Shown: piece by piece, positions 12,677 through 23,305 of the stretch
Numbering within the stretch: the first letter of the stretch is position 1
How the letters are laid out: the number at the start of each line of letters is the position of its first letter
Assembly (NCBI GenBank): GCA_963758635.1
Contig: CAVWWD010000006.1
Location: 192,001 to 256,000 of the forward strand
Reading direction: 5' to 3'
Length of the DNA: 64,000 nucleotides
Source of the DNA: an uncultured Candidatus Rokubacteria bacterium
Lineage (GTDB): Bacteria > Methylomirabilota > Methylomirabilia > Rokubacteriales > CSP1-6
The notes under the pieces: model-generated
Databases searched by the model: none
The model's input: the letters and a program-made list of their open reading frames with translations, nothing else
What the model was told of the DNA's origin: nothing
Translations under genes and position numbers: made by a program

Positions 12677-14025
12677 CGACCCCGGCCGGGAGGACGGCCG
12701 CCGGATCGGCCCCCGCCCGGGCCACCGCCGCCCCGACTGCCGCGTCCGCCGCCGCCGCCGCGCGATCCGTCGCCGCGGCCGTCTCCCGGCCGCCCGCCGC
12801 GCGCGGCCATGCGCTGGCGGCGCTCCTCGGCGTAGCGGCGGCGCTCCTCGCTCGTGGGCTTGATCTCGGGCAGGTACCACTCGTCCTCTGCCCACTCCAC
12901 GCGGATCTTCTGGCCGATGAACTTCTCGATGGGCTCGAGCCCGAGCGCGCTCGACTCGTCGGCGAAGCTGATCGCCTTGCCCGCGGCGCCCGCGCGCGCG
13001 GTGCGGCCGATGCGGTGCACGTAGTCCTCGGCGTCCTGCGGGAGGTCCTAGTTGACGACGTGGCTCACGCCCTCGATGTGGAGGCCGCGCGACGCGACGT
13101 CGGTGGCCACCAGCACCGGCAGCGCGCCCTCCTTGAAGTCGGCGAGGATGCGGAGCCGGCGCTTCTGGTCCACGTCGCCGGTGAGGGCGCGGGCCTGCCA
13201 GCCGTTCCGGCCCAGGCGGTCCTCGAGCCGCCGCGCCTCCTCGCGCGTGTTGACGAAGATCAGCATGCGGCTGCCGCCCTCGCGCTTGAGCAGCCCGAGC
13301 AGCAGCGAGAACTTCTCGTCGCGCCCCACGTGGTAGAGGACCTGCTCGGCCTTCTCCGCCGTCTTCTGCTGGGGGGAGATCGTGATCTGGGTGGGGTCGT
13401 TCATGAACTCCTAGGCGAGCTCCATCACCCGGAAGGACAGCGTGGCCGAGAACAGGAACGACTGCCGCCGCTCCGGCCGGGGCAGCCGGCGCAGGAGGAA
13501 GCGCAGGTCGGCGATGAAGCCCATGTCGAACATCCGGTCGGCCTCGTCGATCACCAGCACTTCCACCTGGCCGGGCGACCAGACGTGCTGCTTCAGGTAG
13601 TCGATGAGCCGCCCCGGCGTGCCGACGAGCACGTCGAAGCCCTCGCGGAGCGCCTCGCGCTGCTTGTTGTAGTCGATGCCGCCGTAGACGGCCTGGATGC
13701 GGAGGCCGGTGTGGGCGCCGAGGAGCTCGGCGTCGGCCTCGATCTGGACGACCAGCTCCCGCGTGGGGGCGATGATCAGCGCGCGGGGGGCGGCGGCGCC
13801 GCTTCGCGCCGGCGCGGCGTGGCGCAGGCAGCGCGTGAAGGCGGCGATCAGGAACGCCGCCGTCTTCCCGGTTCCCGTCTGCGACTGGCCGGCCACGTCC
13901 TTGCCCTTCAGGGCCAGCGGCAGGGCGGCCTCCTGGATCGGCGTGGCCGCGGCGAACCCCGCGTCGCGGATCCCCTGGAGCACGGGCTCGGGCAGGTCGA
14001 GCGACGTGAACTCGAGTGGGCTCAT
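12673..14025 (-). CDS. rhlB: DEAD-box RNA helicase RhlB-like, with two in-frame TAG codons (13411-13413, 13048-13050)
   Basis: Q motif [44 protein letters not shown] and an RG-rich tail, all in one frame. Confidence 0.9.
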
Positions 14026-14814
14026 GCCCCGTCTCCCGGCGCGACCGCGCGCCGCCTCCGCCTCCGCGGTGACGGGCTTCTTCGGCTTCCGCGCGAAGAT
14101 CCACGCCGACACGATCCCGATCTCGTACAGCAGGCACAGCGGGCCGGCCATCAGGCTCTGGTTCAGGATGTCCGGGGTCGGCGTGAGGACGGCGGCGATG
14201 ACGAAGTTGATGAGGATCGCGTACTTCCGGTTCTTCGAGAGGAAGCGCGGCGTGACGATGCCCATCATCGATAGCACGGTGAGGATCAGCGGAAGCTCGA
14301 AGACCAGGCCGAACGCCAGCGTGAACTTCAGCACGAAGTCCACGTGGTTGGACACCGAGATCATGTCCTTGATGCCCTGCTGCTGGCCGAAGCCCACGAG
14401 GAACGTGATCGCGAACGGCACCACGACGAGCAGCGCGAAGGAGGCGCCGGCGAGGAACAGGAGCGACCCGACGATCACGAAGGGCCCGGCGTAGCGTCGC
14501 TCGTGCTTGTGAAGGCCCGGCGCCACGAAGGCCCACACCTGCCAGAGGATGACGGGCATGGCGAGGACGAGCCCGCCCACCATGGAGATCTTCATGCTGG
14601 TCCAGAACGCCTCGGTGGGCGAGAGGAACACCAGCGTCGATCCCGCCTTGGTCAAGGGCCGCGAGATGAACTTGATGATGCAGGTCGGAGAAGCGGAAGG
14701 CGACCAGGAGCCCGATCAGCGTCGGGATGAGGCTCCAGATGATGCGGGTGCGGAGCTCCCGAGGTGCTCCAGGAACGACATCTTGCCGTCTTCGTGCTCG
14801 AGCTCCTCAGCCAT
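14022..14814 (-). CDS. tatC: Twin-arginine translocase TatC (frameshifted near the 5' end)
   Basis: KMSFLEHL, FLSPTEAF, WAFVAPGLHKHE, FELP, RKYAIL, AAVLTPTPD, LLYEIG. Confidence 0.9.
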
Positions 14815-14828
14815 CGCCGATCGCGTCC

Positions 14829-15614
14829 TCACCACTCGGTGACGAAGTGCCGGAGTTGGCCCACGCCGCGCCCGGCCTGGAAGCCTTCCTGGATGGCGCG
14901 GGTCACGTACGCCTTGGCCTCGCGGACGGCCTCGGCGCAGGACGTTGCCGCGGGCGAGGCCAGCGGCGATGGCGGCGGAGTAGGTGCAGCCGGTGCCGTG
15001 AGTGTTCACCGAGTCGACACGCGGCACCGAGAACGTGGTCAGCGCCTTTCCGTTCCAGAGCACGTCCACGGCGTCGCCCTTCAGGTGCCCGCCCTTGACG
15101 AGCACGCTCCGGGGGCCCATGGCGTGGATGCGCCGGGCCGCCTCCTCCATGTCCTCCGGCGTGGTCACCGGCATGCCGGTCAGGGCCTCGGCCTCCGGCA
15201 GGTTCGGCGTGACCACCAGGGCCAGCGGCAGGATCCGGCCGATCGAGGCTCCGCGCGTCGGGCTGCAGGCGGGCACCGCTGGACTTGGCGACCATCACGG
15301 GATCCACCACCAGGTGGTCAAGCCGGTGCGCGGCGACGTCGGTCACGACCGCCTCGATGATCGCCGCCGTCGAGAGCATCCCGACTTGACGGCGTCGGCG
15401 CCAAGTCCGACAGCACGGACTCGATCTGCCTGGCCACGAGGGCGGGGGAGAGGTCTCCACCGCCCTGCACGCCCCCGGAATTCTGGGCGGTCACGCCGTG
15501 ACCGCCCGACATGCCGAGCACGCGGCGCGCGCTGAACGTCATCAGGTCCGCCTGTATCCCCGCCCCGCCGCCGGAGTCCGATCCGGCGATCGTGAGCGCG
15601 CGGGGTATGCGCAT
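14829..15614 (-). CDS. thiD: Hydroxymethylpyrimidine/phosphomethylpyrimidine kinase (frameshifted)
   Basis: [54 protein letters not shown]. Confidence 0.9.
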
Positions 15615-15823
15615 GGCCTACTAGTATACGAGGATGACGCGGGTGACGCCACCGGGCGCTGCCCGGCGGACCGCCCTGGTCTACACTCGCCCCCATGCCA
15701 CCCTGCCTCTCCCCGACGCTTCGGGTCGGGGCGCGACGAGCGTGCCGGCGGCGAGGCGGCAGGAAAGCAGGACCGGCGGGGCGCGAGAGGGCGTTTGCCG
15801 GGCTCGCGCCGGCGCGCCGGGGG

Positions 15824-16537
15824 CTAGTCTGGCTCGGGCCGATGGCCGGCGGGGGCGGCGCGGGGATCAGGAGCGTGATCTCGCCGCGGACGGGCGCGGC
15901 GCCGAAGCGCTCGCGGAGCGCGTCCGGCGTGCCCTGCACGATCTCCTCGAACTGCTTGGTCAGTTCGCGCGCGACGATGATCTCCGTGTCGCCGAACACC
16001 TGAGGCCGATGGCCTCGAGCGGCCACGAGCAGCCGATGCGGCGACTCGTAGCAGACCCGGTGACGGGTCGAGGTCGCGCAGGGCTTCGCAGCCGGTGGAT
16101 GCGGCGGCCCGGCTTCACAGGCAGGAAGCCGTCGAAGACGAAGCGATCGGCGGCCAGGCCCGCGGCGGACAGCGCGGTCACCACCGCGGGAGGGGCCCGG
16201 GGATGGGGTACCACGGGCGAGGGCCGGCCGCGCGCGCCTGGCGCACCAGCAGCACGCCCGGATCGGAAATGCCGGGCGTCCCGGCGTCGGTGACGAGCGC
16301 TACCGAGCGGCCGTCGCCGCAGCGCGCCCAGTACCAGCTCGCCCGTGCTCCGCTCGTTGTCCTCGAAGTAGCGAGTGACGGGCGCGTGGCTGTCGTATCG
16401 CGACGAGGGCTGAGCACGTCCGGCGCGTGTCCTCGGCGGCGACGACGTCGGCCTCGCGCAGGACTCGCCGCGCGGAGCGTGATGTCCTCGAGGTTGCCGA
16501 TCGGCGTGGCGACCACGTAGAGCGTGCCCGGGCTCAC
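15824..16537 (-). CDS. rsmI: 16S rRNA (cytidine-2'-O)-methyltransferase (multiple frameshifts)
   Basis: GTLYVVATPIGNLEDIT, VALVTDAGTPGISDPG, FDGFLP, VARELTKQFEEI, RGEI. 3' end approximate. Confidence 0.88.
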
Positions 16538-16608
16538 GGGAGCATCGCCACCCCGCGCAGACACATCACGCTCCACACGACCAGGACCACGAGCCTCACG
16601 GTGTTCAT
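16534..16608 (-). CDS. 24-aa hydrophobic small ORF (MNTVRLVVLVVWSVMCLRGVAMLP)
   Basis: AAGGAGG 9 nt before the ATG; stop overlaps the rsmI GTG (GTGA). Confidence 0.4.
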   Translation of the reverse strand: MNTVRLVVLVVWSVMCLRGVAMLP

Positions 16609-16724
16609 GCGCGCTGGCCTCCTTCTCCGGACGTGAGCTCCGACGCAGCGGGACGGCGGTCGACACTCTAGCACTCCGGACGGCGAGACGGACGGCGCCG
16701 TGCTCGCCGCGCCCGAAGGCCGGG

Positions 16725-17987
16725 TCAGCCGGGGAGCTGGGGAAGCTCCAGCTGACGCCCGGCGGGACGCGGCGAAGCGCCCGCGGCCCCCCGCGCGCGG
16801 CCGCGCCGCCCGCGCTCCGCGGAGGCGCGCCGGACTCGTGGCGGCGGAAAGCTCGCGCGTAGCCCCGGCGCGGTGGCCTGGAAGAGCATCTCGGCGTCCG
16901 GAAGTCCGGGCAGCCGGTGCCGCCCGAGGCTGCGGAAGCGGATGCGCGCCGGCGCGGACTTCCCGACCGCGGCCATCGTCGCCGCGGACACGACGATCTG
17001 CCCGCCGTGGGCCGCCGCGCAGAGCCGTGCCGTGGCGTGCACGGCGAGCCCGATGTAGCCCACGTCGGTCAGCGTGGGGCGGCCGCTGTGGATCCCCACG
17101 CGCACGCGCACCTCGAGCCCGTCGGGCCAGGCTCGCCCGGCGAGGCCGCGCTGGACGGCCACGGCCGCCTCGAGGGCGGCGGCCGGGCGCTCGAACACGC
17201 CGAAGAACTCGTCGGCCCGCGCGTCGATCTCGCGCCCGCCGGCCTGCAGCACCGCGGTGCGGACGACGCCCCGCACGTCGTTCAGCAGGGCGCCGTAGCC
17301 GTCGCCCAGCTTGCGCACGAGGGCCGTCGACGCCTCCATGTCGGTCATGAGGAGGGTGACGAAGCCGGTGGGCAGCGTGGCGGCGTCGCTCGCCGTGGCC
17401 TCGAGCTCGGCGTGCAGCCGCTCCTTCTCCACCACGAAGCGCACCGCGGCGAGCACGCTCTCCGCGAGCGCGGGATCGTCGCGGAGCGCGGGATCGTGCA
17501 CGATCGCGGTCATCTGTCGGCCCCGGCGCTCGAGGTACGTCACGCCGCGCCCGCTCCCGTCGGCGGGTAGCGGCACCGGCGTGCCCGCGCCGTCCACGTA
17601 CGCGCCGGCCGCGTCGGACCAGTGCAGCACGGCGAGGCTCGGATCGCGCAGCACCGTCCGCAGCCGCTGCTCGATCTCGCCGGGGGCGGGGTTCTGGCCC
17701 AGCTCGATGACCAGGCGTCCGGCGGTGGCGTCACGGCGCTCGGTGCGGAGCTGCCCGGTGATGAAGCCCACCGGCACGATGCGGTACTTCTTCGCCGCGT
17801 TCAGCAGCCGCTTGCGGGCCCCGTCGCGGGCCGCGTCGTCCTCGAAGGCGACACGGCTGAACCGGGCGAGGGCGTTCTTCACGTGCGCCCTGTCGTGGAT
17901 GGGCAGCCGCCGCCGGCCGCGCGAGTCGATGTACGCGAAGGCCCGGTCCGGCAGCCGCGCGCGCTTCTTCGCCTTGAGCCGGGCCAT
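16725..17987 (-). CDS. DUF6582-like N-terminal domain fused to a class III adenylate/guanylate cyclase
   Basis: N-terminal LPDRAFAY..RRLPIHDRAHVKNALARF; C-terminal VTLLMTDMEAST, ADEFF, RVRVGIHSG, YIGLAVHATARLCAAAHGGQ. Confidence 0.75.
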   Translation of the reverse strand: MARLKAKKRARLPDRAFAYIDSRGRRRLPIHDRAHVKNALARFSRVAFEDDAARDGARKRLLNAAKKYRIVPVGFITGQLRTERRDATAGRLVIELGQNPAPGEIEQRLRTVLRDPSLAVLHWSDAAGAYVDGAGTPVPLPADGSGRGVTYLERRGRQMTAIVHDPALRDDPALAESVLAAVRFVVEKERLHAELEATASDAATLPTGFVTLLMTDMEASTALVRKLGDGYGALLNDVRGVVRTAVLQAGGREIDARADEFFGVFERPAAALEAAVAVQRGLAGRAWPDGLEVRVRVGIHSGRPTLTDVGYIGLAVHATARLCAAAHGGQIVVSAATMAAVGKSAPARIRFRSLGRHRLPGLPDAEMLFQATAPGLRASFPPPRVRRASAERGRRGRARGAAGASPRPAGRQLELPQLPG

Positions 17988-18069
17988 GCGTCAACCATAG
18001 CCCGCTTCCCTCGGCGGCGCGAGATCGTGGCTCGGGTCGCGGAGCGCTTTGGGCCGGCGGGCCGGCGCG

Positions 18070-19624
18070 CTACGGGCGGTGGCCGCGCGTCTTCGGGCCG
18101 AGCCGGGTGGCCTCGATCTCGTAGGCGAGCGACACCCAGTCGGTCAGCAGCGGGCGGGTGTCGCGCGGGTCGATGATCTCCTCGATGTTGAAGACCTCGG
18201 CGGCGCGGAACGGCGAGCGCACCGCGTTCAGGCGCGCCTCGATCTCGCGCATGAGCTGCGCGCGGTCCGGCGCCGCGGCCAGCTCGCGCTTGTACGCGGC
18301 CTCGATCCCGCCCTCGAGCGGCAGCGAGCCCCAGTCGCCCGACGGCCACGCGTAGCGCAGGTTCAGCGCCTGCACGTTGCCGTGGCCGGCGCCGGCCACG
18401 CCGAACACCCGGCGCACGATGATCGATACCCACGGCACGGTCGCCTGGTAGACGGCGGCGAGCGCGCGCACGCCCTTGCGGATGGTCGAGGCGCGCTCGG
18501 CGGGCGTGCCGATCAGGAAGCCGGGCTGGTCGACGAAGTGCACCACCGGCAGATGGAACGTGTCGCACAGGTCGGCGAAGCGGGTCAGCTTCTCCGAGCC
18601 GTCCGCGGTGAGCGCGCCGCCCGCGTGCTTGGGATCGGACGCGAGCACGCCCACCGGATAGCCATGAAGCCGCGCGAGGCCGGTGACGAGCGAGCCGCCC
18701 CACGTGCGGCCGATCTCGAAGAACGAGCCGCGATCGACCACGTGGCCCACGAGCGCGCGCGGATCGTACCCGCGGCGGCGGTTCCGGGGCATGAAGGACA
18801 GGAGCGCCTCGTCGCGGCGCTCCGGGGTCGTCCTCCGGCGCCGACCGCGGCGGCAGCTGCCAAACGTTCGACGGCAGGTAGCCGAGGAAGCGGCGGATCT
18901 GGTCGAAGGCCTCGGCTTCCGAGTCCACCACGTTGTCCACGGTGCCGTTGCCGCCGTGGATCTCGACGCCGCCCAGCTCCTCCTTGCCCACCGGCGTGCC
19001 GAAGGCGCGCTCCACCACCGGCGGCCCCGCCACGAACACCTGCGAGACGCCGCGGACCATGAGCGAGAAGTGCGCGTGCGCCACGCGCGCGGCGCCCAGC
19101 CCGGCCGTCGGCCCGAGCGCCGCCGCCACCACCGGCACCTCGGACATCATCGCCACGATCAGGTCCCAGCCGGGGTTGCCGGGCACGTAGGTGCGGCCCG
19201 TCTGCTCGTACGTCTTCACGCTGCCCCCGCCCCCGGTGCCGTCCACCAGCCGCACGATGGGCAGGCGCAGCTCGCGGGCCATCCGCTCGCCGTAGACCTG
19301 CTTGGCGTGGATGGCCGCGTCGGCCGCGCCGCCGCGCACGGTGAAGTCGTCGCCGCACACCACGACGCGGCGGCCGCCGATCCGCCCAGCGCCGAGCACG
19401 GAGTTGGCGGGCAGGAAGCTCTCGAGCGCGCCGTCGGCGTAGGTGGCCTTGCCGGCGAGCCCGCCCGTCTCGTGGAACGAGCCCGCGTCGAGCAGGCCGT
19501 CGACGCGCTCGCGCACGGTGAGGCGCCCGGCCTTGTGCTGGCGCTCGACGTTCTCCGCCCCGCCCATGCGGCGCGCAAGCTCCAGGCGACGCTTCAGCTC
19601 ATCGACCTCTGGTTCCCAGCTCAC
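18070..19624 (-). CDS. Acyl-CoA carboxylase carboxyltransferase subunit (frameshift near 18820)
   Basis: GRLTVRERVDGLLD, DDFTVRGG, EELGG, FVDQPGFLIG, EEIIDPRDTR. Confidence 0.88.
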
Positions 19625-19676
19625 GACAAGCTCCTCCGGGGGACGAAGACGTGGAAGCGGCCGCAGGATTCCGCGG

Positions 19677-20249
19677 TCAGCGCGAACTCGTGGGCTTGAC
19701 CTTGCCGCCGCTCGACTCGTACTCCGCCACGGCCTTCTTGAGATCGCGGTACTCGGAGCACGGCAGGAAGCAGAGCGAGTCGAGCCGCCCCAGGTGCTCC
19801 TTGGCCTTGGGGAGGTTCCCGAGGGTCAGGTACGCCTCGCCGATGTACTCGTGGGCGCCCTTGTGCTTCGGATCGACGGCGAGAGCCTTCTCGTAGAGCG
19901 GGATCGACTTGGCCGCGTCGCCGTTCATCCGCGTCGCGTAGGCGAGCCAGTTCAGCGCGTCGGCGTTCTTGCCGTCTGTGGCCACCACGCCCTCGAGGAG
20001 CGGGATGGCGCCCGCGTAGTCCTTGGCCTTGATGGCCTTGACGCCAGCGGAGTAGGCGGGATCCTCGGGTGCCGCCGATGACCTCGTCGTCGTCCCCTCG
20101 CCCGCCGCCGGCGGCGCCGGCAGCAGCACGGCGGCCGTCACGAAGGCCAGGCTCGCGACGAAGCCGGCGAGGGTACCTGGTCGAATCCGGCTGATCGATC
20201 GGGCAATCGTCTCGGACAGTGTCTGGCTCAGGCGGGCAGTCAGGCTCAT
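19677..20249 (-). CDS. Exported tetratricopeptide-repeat protein
   Basis: Hydrophobic signal segment; NADALNWLAYA, YEKALAVDPKHKGAHEYIGEAYL. Confidence 0.8.
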   Translation of the reverse strand: MSLTARLSQTLSETIARSISRIRPGTLAGFVASLAFVTAAVLLPAPPAAGEGTTTRSSAAPEDPAYSAGVKAIKAKDYAGAIPLLEGVVATDGKNADALNWLAYATRMNGDAAKSIPLYEKALAVDPKHKGAHEYIGEAYLTLGNLPKAKEHLGRLDSLCFLPCSEYRDLKKAVAEYESSGGKVKPTSSR

Positions 20250-20384
20250 GCGGGCCTCCTTGGGTCGGGTCGTATCGGCCGTCGAATCACGGTCGGACGG
20301 CTCCCATCCTCTGCCCTCCCGGCCGGTGTCGCAAGGGGTGTGCTATACCGGTGCCTCGGGGCCAGCCGCCCCAGGGAGGCGCGC

Positions 20385-21557
20385 ATGCTGAAGGTCACGC
20401 AGAACCTCACGATGCCGACCGCGATCACCGGATCCTACCCTCGTCCGCTCTGGTTCGACGAGAGCCTGCACGGGCGGTCGTTCAAGTCCGCGCTGGGCGA
20501 CTCGATCTTCCGCGAGCAGTACATGGACGCGGTAGCCTGCGTGATCAACGCGCAGGAGGCCGCGGGCCTCGACATCGTCACCGACGGCGACACCCGCTTC
20601 GACCTCGCGGTGGGCGGCAAGTCCTGGTTCTTCTACCCCATCGAGCGCCTCGGCGGCATCGACGGCCACCGCGACACCTCGCGCGGGTGGATGTCGCGGC
20701 ACGGCCTCCGTCCCGGGCGTATCCTCTGGGAGGTGCAGGAGGCCTACCAGCCCGGCGTGGTGCGGGGGAAGCTCACGCGCGGCCCGCTCGAGTTCGCCGC
20801 GCTCTGGAAGGTGGCGCAGCGCCTCTCCGATCGTCCCGTGAAGTTCGGCACGATCTGCGCCCCCGCGCTGGCGAGCATGCTGTGGAACGAGCACTACACG
20901 GACGACCGCGCGATGATCCTGGACCTCTGCGACATCATGAACGCCGAGCTCCGCGAGCTGGCCGCCGCGGGGTGCCCCCTGATCCAGATCGAGGAGCCGC
21001 CGCACCACGGCCGCACCACGCGCCCCGACTGCACCGACGAGGACCTCGAGTTCCTCACCGAGGCGTTCAACCGCCAGCTTGCCGGCGTGGACGCCGAGAT
21101 CTGGGTGCACACCTGCTGGGGCAATCCCAACCAGCAGCGCGTGTACTGGGAGCCCCCCAGCTACGAGCGCGCGCTGCCGTACCTGCTGCGGCTCGACGGC
21201 GACGTGATCACCTTCGAGGCCGCGAGCTCGGACGGCAAGGAACTCGCGCTCTTCTCGAAATACCGGACCGACAAGAAGATCGGCATCGGCGTGGTGAACC
21301 ACTGCAACACGGTGGTGGAGCCGCCCGAGCACGTCGCGCGGCTGATCCGGAAGGCCCTCGAGCACATCCCGCCGGAGCGCCTCGTCATCACCACCGACTG
21401 CGGCTTCGGCCGCGAGGGGCTCAGCCGGCGCATCGCGTACTACAAGTGCGTGTCGCTCGTGGAGGGCACCAACATCGTGCGGCGCGAGCTGGGTCTGCCC
21501 GAGGCGCGCGTGCGCGCCGCCGACCCGCGGCTCTACTTCGCCAGCACCGACGCGTAG
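20385..21557 (+). CDS. Cobalamin-independent methionine synthase II family protein
   Basis: TGSYPRP, QEAAGLDIVTDG, IQIEEP, Zn ligands HTCWGN and TDCGF. Confidence 0.85.
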   Translation: MLKVTQNLTMPTAITGSYPRPLWFDESLHGRSFKSALGDSIFREQYMDAVACVINAQEAAGLDIVTDGDTRFDLAVGGKSWFFYPIERLGGIDGHRDTSRGWMSRHGLRPGRILWEVQEAYQPGVVRGKLTRGPLEFAALWKVAQRLSDRPVKFGTICAPALASMLWNEHYTDDRAMILDLCDIMNAELRELAAAGCPLIQIEEPPHHGRTTRPDCTDEDLEFLTEAFNRQLAGVDAEIWVHTCWGNPNQQRVYWEPPSYERALPYLLRLDGDVITFEAASSDGKELALFSKYRTDKKIGIGVVNHCNTVVEPPEHVARLIRKALEHIPPERLVITTDCGFGREGLSRRIAYYKCVSLVEGTNIVRRELGLPEARVRAADPRLYFASTDA

Positions 21558-21577
21558 CCGGATCGTATACTTGCTCG

Positions 21578-21865
21578 GTGCAGTTCGAATGGGATTCGGA
21601 CAAGGCCGCTGCGAATCTAAAACAGCATAGGGTTAGTTTCAGCGAAGCGGCCAGCGTTCTGGAGGATCCCCTATCGACGACGTTCACAGACGACGCTCAC
21701 TCCGAGGTCGAGGCACGCTTCCTGACGATCGGCGCGTCCCACCGGGGGCGCGTCGTGGTTGTGGCTCACACAGAGCGAGAGGACTCCATCCGTATCATCA
21801 GCGCCCGCCGAGCGACGAGGCGCGAACGAGAATTCTATGAGCAAGGCGAAGCAAACAGAGGGTGA
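21578..21865 (+). CDS. BrnT-family toxin
   Basis: VQFEWDSDKAAANLKQHRVSFSEA..HSEVEARFLTIG..IRIISARRATRRE. Confidence 0.88.
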   Translation: MQFEWDSDKAAANLKQHRVSFSEAASVLEDPLSTTFTDDAHSEVEARFLTIGASHRGRVVVVAHTEREDSIRIISARRATRREREFYEQGEANRG

Positions 21866-22142
21866 CCTCAGAACCGAGTACGACTTCGCGTCGATGAGAG
21901 GCGGCATTCGGGGGAAGTACGTCGCCCGCCTGCGCAAAGGAAGCAACCTCGTTCTGCTCGAACCAGAGGTCGCGGCTGCTTTCCCATCGGCGGCGGCAGT
22001 CAATGAGGCGCTTCGCGGCGTCCTCAACACTACGAGAGCGGTGCGTGGGAAAGGAGGACTGCCGAACAAGGCGCTCCAGCCGCCGCGCCGCACCTCACTC
22101 CGCAGGAAGATCGCCAGGCGAGTCGGCGTGACTCGCGGCTGA
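21837..22142 (+). CDS. BrnA-like antitoxin, reading into a degenerate attC
   Basis: LRTEYDF..RGKY..VLLEPEVAAAFPSAAAVNEALR; overlaps brnT; ends ..LPNKALQP.. Confidence 0.75.
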   Translation: MSKAKQTEGDLRTEYDFASMRGGIRGKYVARLRKGSNLVLLEPEVAAAFPSAAAVNEALRGVLNTTRAVRGKGGLPNKALQPPRRTSLRRKIARRVGVTRG

Positions 22143-22296
22143 CCTCTCGTTCTAGCGGTCGCGCCGCGAGCGGTTGGGACCTGACATGTGGGCCGTGTTC
22201 CTCAGCCGGACGATCCTGGCGTCCGTGGCCGCGGTCATCCCTGACGCCGGCAATCCTCGGCTCTACCCGCTCGCGCGCGCTGAAGATTGGAGGTGA

Positions 22297-23305
22297 TGCG
22301 CGGTGCCGTATGCGTCAGCCGTGTCGACCGTCCTCGCCCTGCTGCTACTCGTTGCGCCTCTCGCCGCCGAGGCGCAGCCCGGCAAGATCTGGCGCATCGG
22401 GTGGTTGTGGGATGGTGTGGCGGGCGAGCCCCCAGCGAGCCTGGCTCCGCCAGGGGCTCCGCGAGGCTGGCCTGATCGAGGGACAGAACATCGCGATGGA
22501 ATATCGCACCGGGCCGTCGGGTTCCGTGGAGCAGCGCCGCGTGGCGCTCAGGAGCCTGGCGGCAGATCTCGTTCGCGCCCACGTCGACCTGATCATCGCC
22601 AATCCCGCCGAGGCTGCTACCCAAGCAAGGCAGACGCAGACGGTTCCCATCGTCTTCGCCGGCGTGAGCGACCCGATCCGGTTGGGATTCGCGGTCACCC
22701 TGACGCGTCCGGGCCGAAACATGACCGGCCTGTCCTATCTCGGCCTCGAATTGAACACCAAGCGCCTGGAGATGCTGAGGGAGGTCGCAGCCACGGCGAC
22801 TCGGATCGGGGTCCTCGTCGCCGCGAACCATCCCACTCGCGAACGTCAGTTGCAGGACATCGACGCCGCCGCCCGGTCTCTCGGCGTGCAGCTTCACACC
22901 GTCGACATCACGCAAGACATGGAACTTCCGCGCACCCTCGAAGCCGCGTTCGAGGCGCTCAAGCGTGAGCGCGTGGGTGCCGTGATCGGGCTGCAGGGTC
23001 CGGGATTCTTTCGAGAACGACAGCGGATCGCCGATCTGTTGCTGCGGCACCGGCTGCCGGGAATCTTCGAACTCGGCGAGTTCGTCGAGGCCGGATGTCT
23101 GATGGCGTATGCGCCCAGCCTGCCTGACATCTACCGGCGCGCGGCGCACTACGTTGACAAGATCCTGAGAGGCGCCCAACCGGCGGACCTCCCCATCGAA
23201 CAACCCACCAAGTTCGAGCTGGTGATCAACGTCAAGACCGCCAAGGCGCTCGGCCTCACGATCCCGGCGTCGCTTCTCCTCCGAACCGATAAGGTCATTG
23301 AGTGA
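22297..23305 (+). CDS. ABC transporter substrate-binding protein (frameshift near the 5' end)
   Basis: APLAAEAQPGKIWRIGW.., RPGRNMTG, KRLEML, YVDKILRGAQPADLPIEQPTKFELVINVKTAKALGLTIP. Start approximate. Confidence 0.85.

Noticed and set aside
13411..14655. Apparent TatC-RhlB fusion ORF
   Set aside because: A shifted frame gives ..AVAPGDGA* with a standard ATGA overlap at 14022-14025. An indel in the GC run near 14050 explains the fusion.
14680..16540. Programmed frameshifting or mass pseudogenisation (tatC, thiD, rsmI, also hsd, cyclase and MFS genes)
   Set aside because: Clustered indels in conserved genes without slippery sites are best explained by sequencing error.
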